This document shows positions 25,075 through 28,941 of a stretch of 28,941 nt of DNA, in pieces. Source of the stretch: a virus (taxonomy: Duplodnaviria; Caudoviricetes). The translations under genes were made by a program, and so were the position numbers. The number at the start of each line of letters is the position of its first letter. Within the stretch, counting starts at the first letter, position 1. The DNA lies in IMG/VR virus record IMGVR_UViG_3300027732_000094, positions 1 to 28,941 of that record. One strand, written 5' to 3'. Under the pieces are notes generated by a model that did no database searches, was not told the origin of the DNA, and saw nothing but the letters and a program-made list of their open reading frames with translations.

Positions 25075-26664
25075 TTATGTGGGTTTCTTTTTAGCAGGTT
25101 GTTGCTGTTCTTCTTCAGGTTGAATCATATTCTGTTGCATATAGTTATTAGCAGCAGTCTGTTGCATACCTTGTTGCATACCTTCTTGTTCAGCATTAGA
25201 CATATGAAGTTGTTCTTCATCGTCAATCTGCTTTTCAATCTCTTCAATCTGATCGTCGTCAAGACGCAGAATATTTTTACGAACCCATTGCATTGAATAG
25301 TACTTACCAACAAATGGATCAATCTGTTGTAGAGTTGCCATACGTGCAGTTAGAATCTCAGCATCTTTTAATTCGCTATAGTGATTGTCTTCTAAGAAAT
25401 CATACTTTAGATTATGAGCGATATCTTCCCACTCGTCTTCTCTAATAATGTTCTTAGCAACCAACTGCACACGAAGTGCATTTGAAATCAATACAACAAA
25501 TTTCTTACGAAGTCTAACGATAAATTTATTAAACTTAACTTCATCACGGCTAATCTCTGTTGAACGACCAATTGAGAACCCTTGTTGCTGTTGCAAACGA
25601 GAGATTGGAACATTCAATGCATGGTATAATTTACCTTGGAAGTATTCAATGTCTTGAATTTCACCGAGATTCTGACCACCTGGAAGTGTAGTAATCTCAG
25701 TACCTTTACCACCTTCACGACGTGGCATCCAGAAGTCTTCCATCATTGATAGATGACGACGATCATCACGTGTTTCACCAGTGGTTGCATCATAAACAAT
25801 CTTATTACGGAACTTGTTCATAATGTCGTTAACGTATTGTTCAGCTTTTAGCTTGGGTAAGTTACCCACGTCAACATAAAAGATTCTACGTTCAGGCGCA
25901 CGGCTAATGCGATAGATGACCAATGAATCTTCGATCATCTTCAATTGATTAACTGGCTTGATTGCCTTATGAAGATAAGACATCATCATACCAGTATTTG
26001 AGTCTACATAACCAGATGGTGCATAGACTACAGAATCAAGAGCCAATTTAACACCCTGTGTTGTCTGCTCAGTAATTCCTTTATCATTGTAAAGGTAGTA
26101 TTCTTCTACAGTCTTTACAACTTCAACTCCCTTTGGAGTTCTTTCTTTAATGATATTTTTGATCCTACGAATCTTACGTGGATCAATATATCTTAGTTCC
26201 TGAATACCTTGTTTGGCATTTGCTGGATCTATAAGAATTTGATAATATAATCTTCCATCAATATACCAAGAGCGGAAGATTTCATGTGCTCTATCATTAA
26301 AATGTAGTAGCTTTAAAACATTATCAAACTCTTCTTCTATTTTCTTTTTAATACCAGATGATACTTTAACCTCATCCATCATAATTTCGATAGGACGTTT
26401 GGCTTCATCTGCAACAATAGCTTCGTTAACAATGTCTTCGATAGCACCATCACAATCACTATACTGCGATACTTCACGATAGCGACGAATTAAATCATTC
26501 TCGTTTTTAATTGTACCTTCGAGATCCATGACCATACCGTAATGCCCACCAGCATTCACGCCAGTGTTTATTACGGTTGCGCCTGTCTCGACTGGACTCG
26601 GAGTAACTACACTTGGTAGATCCGAGTCCTGCTTGCGTTTTATTTCAAACCCAAAAATCTGCAT
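25075..26664 (-). CDS. gp20: portal vertex protein
   Basis: LIRRYRE, AIEDIVNEAIV, WYIDGR, SYLHKAIKPVNQLKMIEDSLVIYRISRAPERRIFY.DVGNLP, EDFWMPRREGGKGTEI. Confidence 0.98.
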   Translation of the reverse strand: MQIFGFEIKRKQDSDLPSVVTPSPVETGATVINTGVNAGGHYGMVMDLEGTIKNENDLIRRYREVSQYSDCDGAIEDIVNEAIVADEAKRPIEIMMDEVKVSSGIKKKIEEEFDNVLKLLHFNDRAHEIFRSWYIDGRLYYQILIDPANAKQGIQELRYIDPRKIRRIKNIIKERTPKGVEVVKTVEEYYLYNDKGITEQTTQGVKLALDSVVYAPSGYVDSNTGMMMSYLHKAIKPVNQLKMIEDSLVIYRISRAPERRIFYVDVGNLPKLKAEQYVNDIMNKFRNKIVYDATTGETRDDRRHLSMMEDFWMPRREGGKGTEITTLPGGQNLGEIQDIEYFQGKLYHALNVPISRLQQQQGFSIGRSTEISRDEVKFNKFIVRLRKKFVVLISNALRVQLVAKNIIREDEWEDIAHNLKYDFLEDNHYSELKDAEILTARMATLQQIDPFVGKYYSMQWVRKNILRLDDDQIEEIEKQIDDEEQLHMSNAEQEGMQQGMQQTAANNYMQQNMIQPEEEQQQPAKKKPT

Positions 26665-26685
26665 TATATAAACCTCAGTTAATTA

Positions 26686-27273
26686 TTAAACAGGGATAGT
26701 GCCGATTGGTGTATCAATAGAAACATTAACACCAAATCCAGCAGAAGCTCCAGTGTTTGAAGTGAAGAAGTTGTAAGTAAACTCTACATCAAACTGTTCA
26801 ATTGCATTTTGTTGTTCAAAGTCAAGTCCAACTGCAGAGATGCTAGTTGGATAAGCATCGTGGAATTTGTAACTCTTAATAATTGCACCATTACGATCCA
26901 ATTGGTGAACATTCAAGTCAACCTGATAGTCAGTAGGGTTAACACGACCAGTAGTCGAATTATAGTTTTGAATACCAGACTGCCACTGTTCTAATGAATT
27001 ACGGATACCGAATGTTGTATCATTGTAGATTGAGATAGTCCATGGTTGGAATGTTCTCTCTCCAGCAAAGTTAACAGGACGTCCACGATACAGAACAGGA
27101 ATGTTTTCAATTGTAGATCCAGGTAGTTGTGCTGCTTTACACAAGAATTGTGCTCTTTGTCCAGCAACCACACCTAGAGTAACATATGACGGAAATGTTA
27201 GTTCTACACGAAACTGATTAGGGCGAGCACCGCCCCCAATCATCTGTGCTTTAAAGTCAGCAATATTTGCCAT
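26686..27273 (-). CDS. gp19: tail tube protein
   Basis: GGARPNQF.V, FLCKAAQLPGS, GR.VNFAGERTF.PWTI, QLDRNG; follows the sheath gene. Confidence 0.95.
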   Translation of the reverse strand: MANIADFKAQMIGGGARPNQFRVELTFPSYVTLGVVAGQRAQFLCKAAQLPGSTIENIPVLYRGRPVNFAGERTFQPWTISIYNDTTFGIRNSLEQWQSGIQNYNSTTGRVNPTDYQVDLNVHQLDRNGAIIKSYKFHDAYPTSISAVGLDFEQQNAIEQFDVEFTYNFFTSNTGASAGFGVNVSIDTPIGTIPV

Positions 27274-27309
27274 TTATTTCTCCTTTGTGTTCTTTCTATT
27301 TATTCTTAA

Positions 27310-28941
27310 TTACGCACCGATTTCGGTAAAGCTAATGCTTGAACGAGCAGCAACGAAGTTAAGAGTAATATAGTTGATAGAACGATTTGGCTTAACAAAG
27401 ATATCTGCAACAAATTCATTGCTGTCGATAACTTGTCCTGTATTGTTTGTCTCATCACACTTAACAACGAAATCAGTAATACCACGACGACCTTGTACGT
27501 CACGTAGGAATGGCTCTACTAAACTCTTGAACTGTGCACGAGTGAATGGGTCGTTAAATTCGAACAACTGGAATTTAGCTGCTGTTGCAACTGCCTTCTC
27601 AAGAACGATGAATAGACGACGAACATTGATACGATCGAACGCACTTGGTTTTGCCAATAGTGTTTTATCGCCATAAAGAACAGTACCTTCTCCTGGGAAT
27701 GAAACAACTGGGTTAACACCAGCTTTGTACAACATATCACGTTGTGTTTTATTTGGATTGAATGCTAAGCGAACAACATTCTTAACTTGTCCACGATTCA
27801 AACCACCTGGAGAGAACCATGGGTCATTGTTGTAGTCAGTACGAGCACATAGACCAGCAATGTCACCATTCAATGGAACATAACGGTATACGTCATTGTA
27901 GCGGTCGTATTGATATTTGTAACCAGAATCCATAACAGCGTATGAGCTGCTTGGTAGTGAGTTACGGTATGCAATAATTGCATTTTGTTCTGTAGAACTA
28001 GCACCAATGATAGGATCACCGCTAGAAACATTCTGTGGAGAAACAAAAGCCACGCAGTCTAAACGAGATTCTGCAACAGACTGAATAACGTAAGTAGCAA
28101 CAGTAGTTGATGCATCACCAGCCATAACTAATGAAATGTCATACTGTTCTGCGTTTGCTAATAGTGCATATGCATTTTGTTTTGCAGCATCAGTAACAGC
28201 CCAATCATCTGCACCGCCAGTGAATGAACGATACTGAGAAGCAGTTAATGATTTGTATGTTGAACCTGCAGCAGCTGTACCCCAGTTAACTGTACCAGTT
28301 ACGCTAGTAAGAGCAGTTGGATGATCCATCCACCAGATCCAGTCTGAGTTAGTATTGATTACGCTCTTGTAGTAGTTGTTTGTACCATCAGATTTTCTAG
28401 CGTCAGATGCTTTTGATACAAATGCAAATTTTTCTAGGATAGTACCAGCAGTACCAGAGATACCACCATCTTTGTCGAAAACAACGATATGCATCTCATC
28501 ATTAGAACCACCTTGGCTTGTTGCCCAAGTAGATGTAGATGGAGCAGCATCGAACAGAGAAGCACAGTCAATAGTAGAACCAGCAATAGTAGCTGTCCAA
28601 CCAGTAAATGTATCAGCATCAGCGAAAGCTACAGAGATAGAGTTACCTTTAGAACCTGGATATCTTGCAGCAAATTCACCAACAACACCCTGACCAGATG
28701 CCCAGCTTGCTAGGTAGTTAGAACCATTGTTGATCTTAACACCAGCACTTGCAGCATAAACTGCAGTAGCAACTGCTTGAGTACCAGTTGGAGGATTAGC
28801 GATTGTTACGTTTGGAGCACTAGTATAACCAGTACCAGCTTCAACAAGAGTAACTCCAGTGATAGAAGAAGAACTAATAGTAATAGCACCTACAACTGCT
28901 GCAGTTGTATATGTACCAGTAATAGTTACTGTTGGATTATT
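27310..28941 (-). CDS. gp18: tail sheath protein, 5'-truncated by the window edge
   Basis: Frame stays open from 28494 to 28941 (hand-checked; includes FAARYPGSKGNSI); C-terminal DSGYKYQYDRYND, PWFSPGG.NRG, GDKT...SAFDRINVRRLF. Confidence 0.97.
   Translation of the reverse strand, partial: NNPTVTITGTYTTAAVVGAITISSSSITGVTLVEAGTGYTSAPNVTIANPPTGTQAVATAVYAASAGVKINNGSNYLASWASGQGVVGEFAARYPGSKGNSISVAFADADTFTGWTATIAGSTIDCASLFDAAPSTSTWATSQGGSNDEMHIVVFDKDGGISGTAGTILEKFAFVSKASDARKSDGTNNYYKSVINTNSDWIWWMDHPTALTSVTGTVNWGTAAAGSTYKSLTASQYRSFTGGADDWAVTDAAKQNAYALLANAEQYDISLVMAGDASTTVATYVIQSVAESRLDCVAFVSPQNVSSGDPIIGASSTEQNAIIAYRNSLPSSSYAVMDSGYKYQYDRYNDVYRYVPLNGDIAGLCARTDYNNDPWFSPGGLNRGQVKNVVRLAFNPNKTQRDMLYKAGVNPVVSFPGEGTVLYGDKTLLAKPSAFDRINVRRLFIVLEKAVATAAKFQLFEFNDPFTRAQFKSLVEPFLRDVQGRRGITDFVVKCDETNNTGQVIDSNEFVADIFVKPNRSINYITLNFVAARSSISFTEIGA

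Noticed and set aside
25095-25200. Gln-rich short repeats at the portal C-terminus
   Set aside because: Low-complexity variable tails are ordinary for gp20 homologs
8452-28619. Alternative-frame minus-strand ORFs (e.g. 8452-8703, 12079-12348, 15147-15464, 15976-16188, 22791-23096)
   Set aside because: Nested out of frame within conserved genes, with no independent support
53-28713. All plus-strand ORFs in the track (e.g. 53-631, 2344-2754, 9238-9717, 12191-12625)
   Set aside because: They lie antisense to well-supported minus-strand genes and show no recognisable motifs; treated as shadow ORFs
1-28941. Stop-codon reassignment, introns or inteins
   Set aside because: Core genes look full-length under the standard code, TAA, TGA and TAG all end genes, and no core gene shows an obvious large insertion or interruption

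Overview
A 29-kb segment of a T4-like myovirus genome with every supported gene on the minus strand. From the right end it carries the virion morphogenesis block (gp18 partial, gp19, gp20, gp67-like, two unassigned genes, gp21, gp22, gp23, gp3). Next come uvsY/uvsW, late sigma gp55, an AAA ATPase, gp47/gp46, a CobT-like VWA/metallopeptidase plus MoxR/CobS-like AAA pair, an accessory block (HTH, dNTP diphosphohydrolase-like, SPFH), gp45/gp44/gp62/regA and DNA ligase. The most interesting part is the ~1.7-kb accessory cassette downstream of regA (4140-2482), much of which the ORF track misses. In transcription order it holds a Fur-box-like palindrome, a 24-aa PqqA (PQQ precursor peptide) gene with a strong RBS, a multi-hairpin RNA with kissing-loop potential (manA-like), a ROSE-like thermometer hairpin, a 73-aa ORF, hsp20, rubrerythrin and a 44-45-aa rubredoxin. 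This looks like a phage redox/stress/cofactor module and suggests a PQQ-using (beta)proteobacterial, possibly methylotrophic, host (inference). Near-consensus sigma70 promoters, a repeated upstream operator-like motif, late-promoter motifs and terminators are also visible. All family calls come from motif recognition and synteny; no database searches were run.
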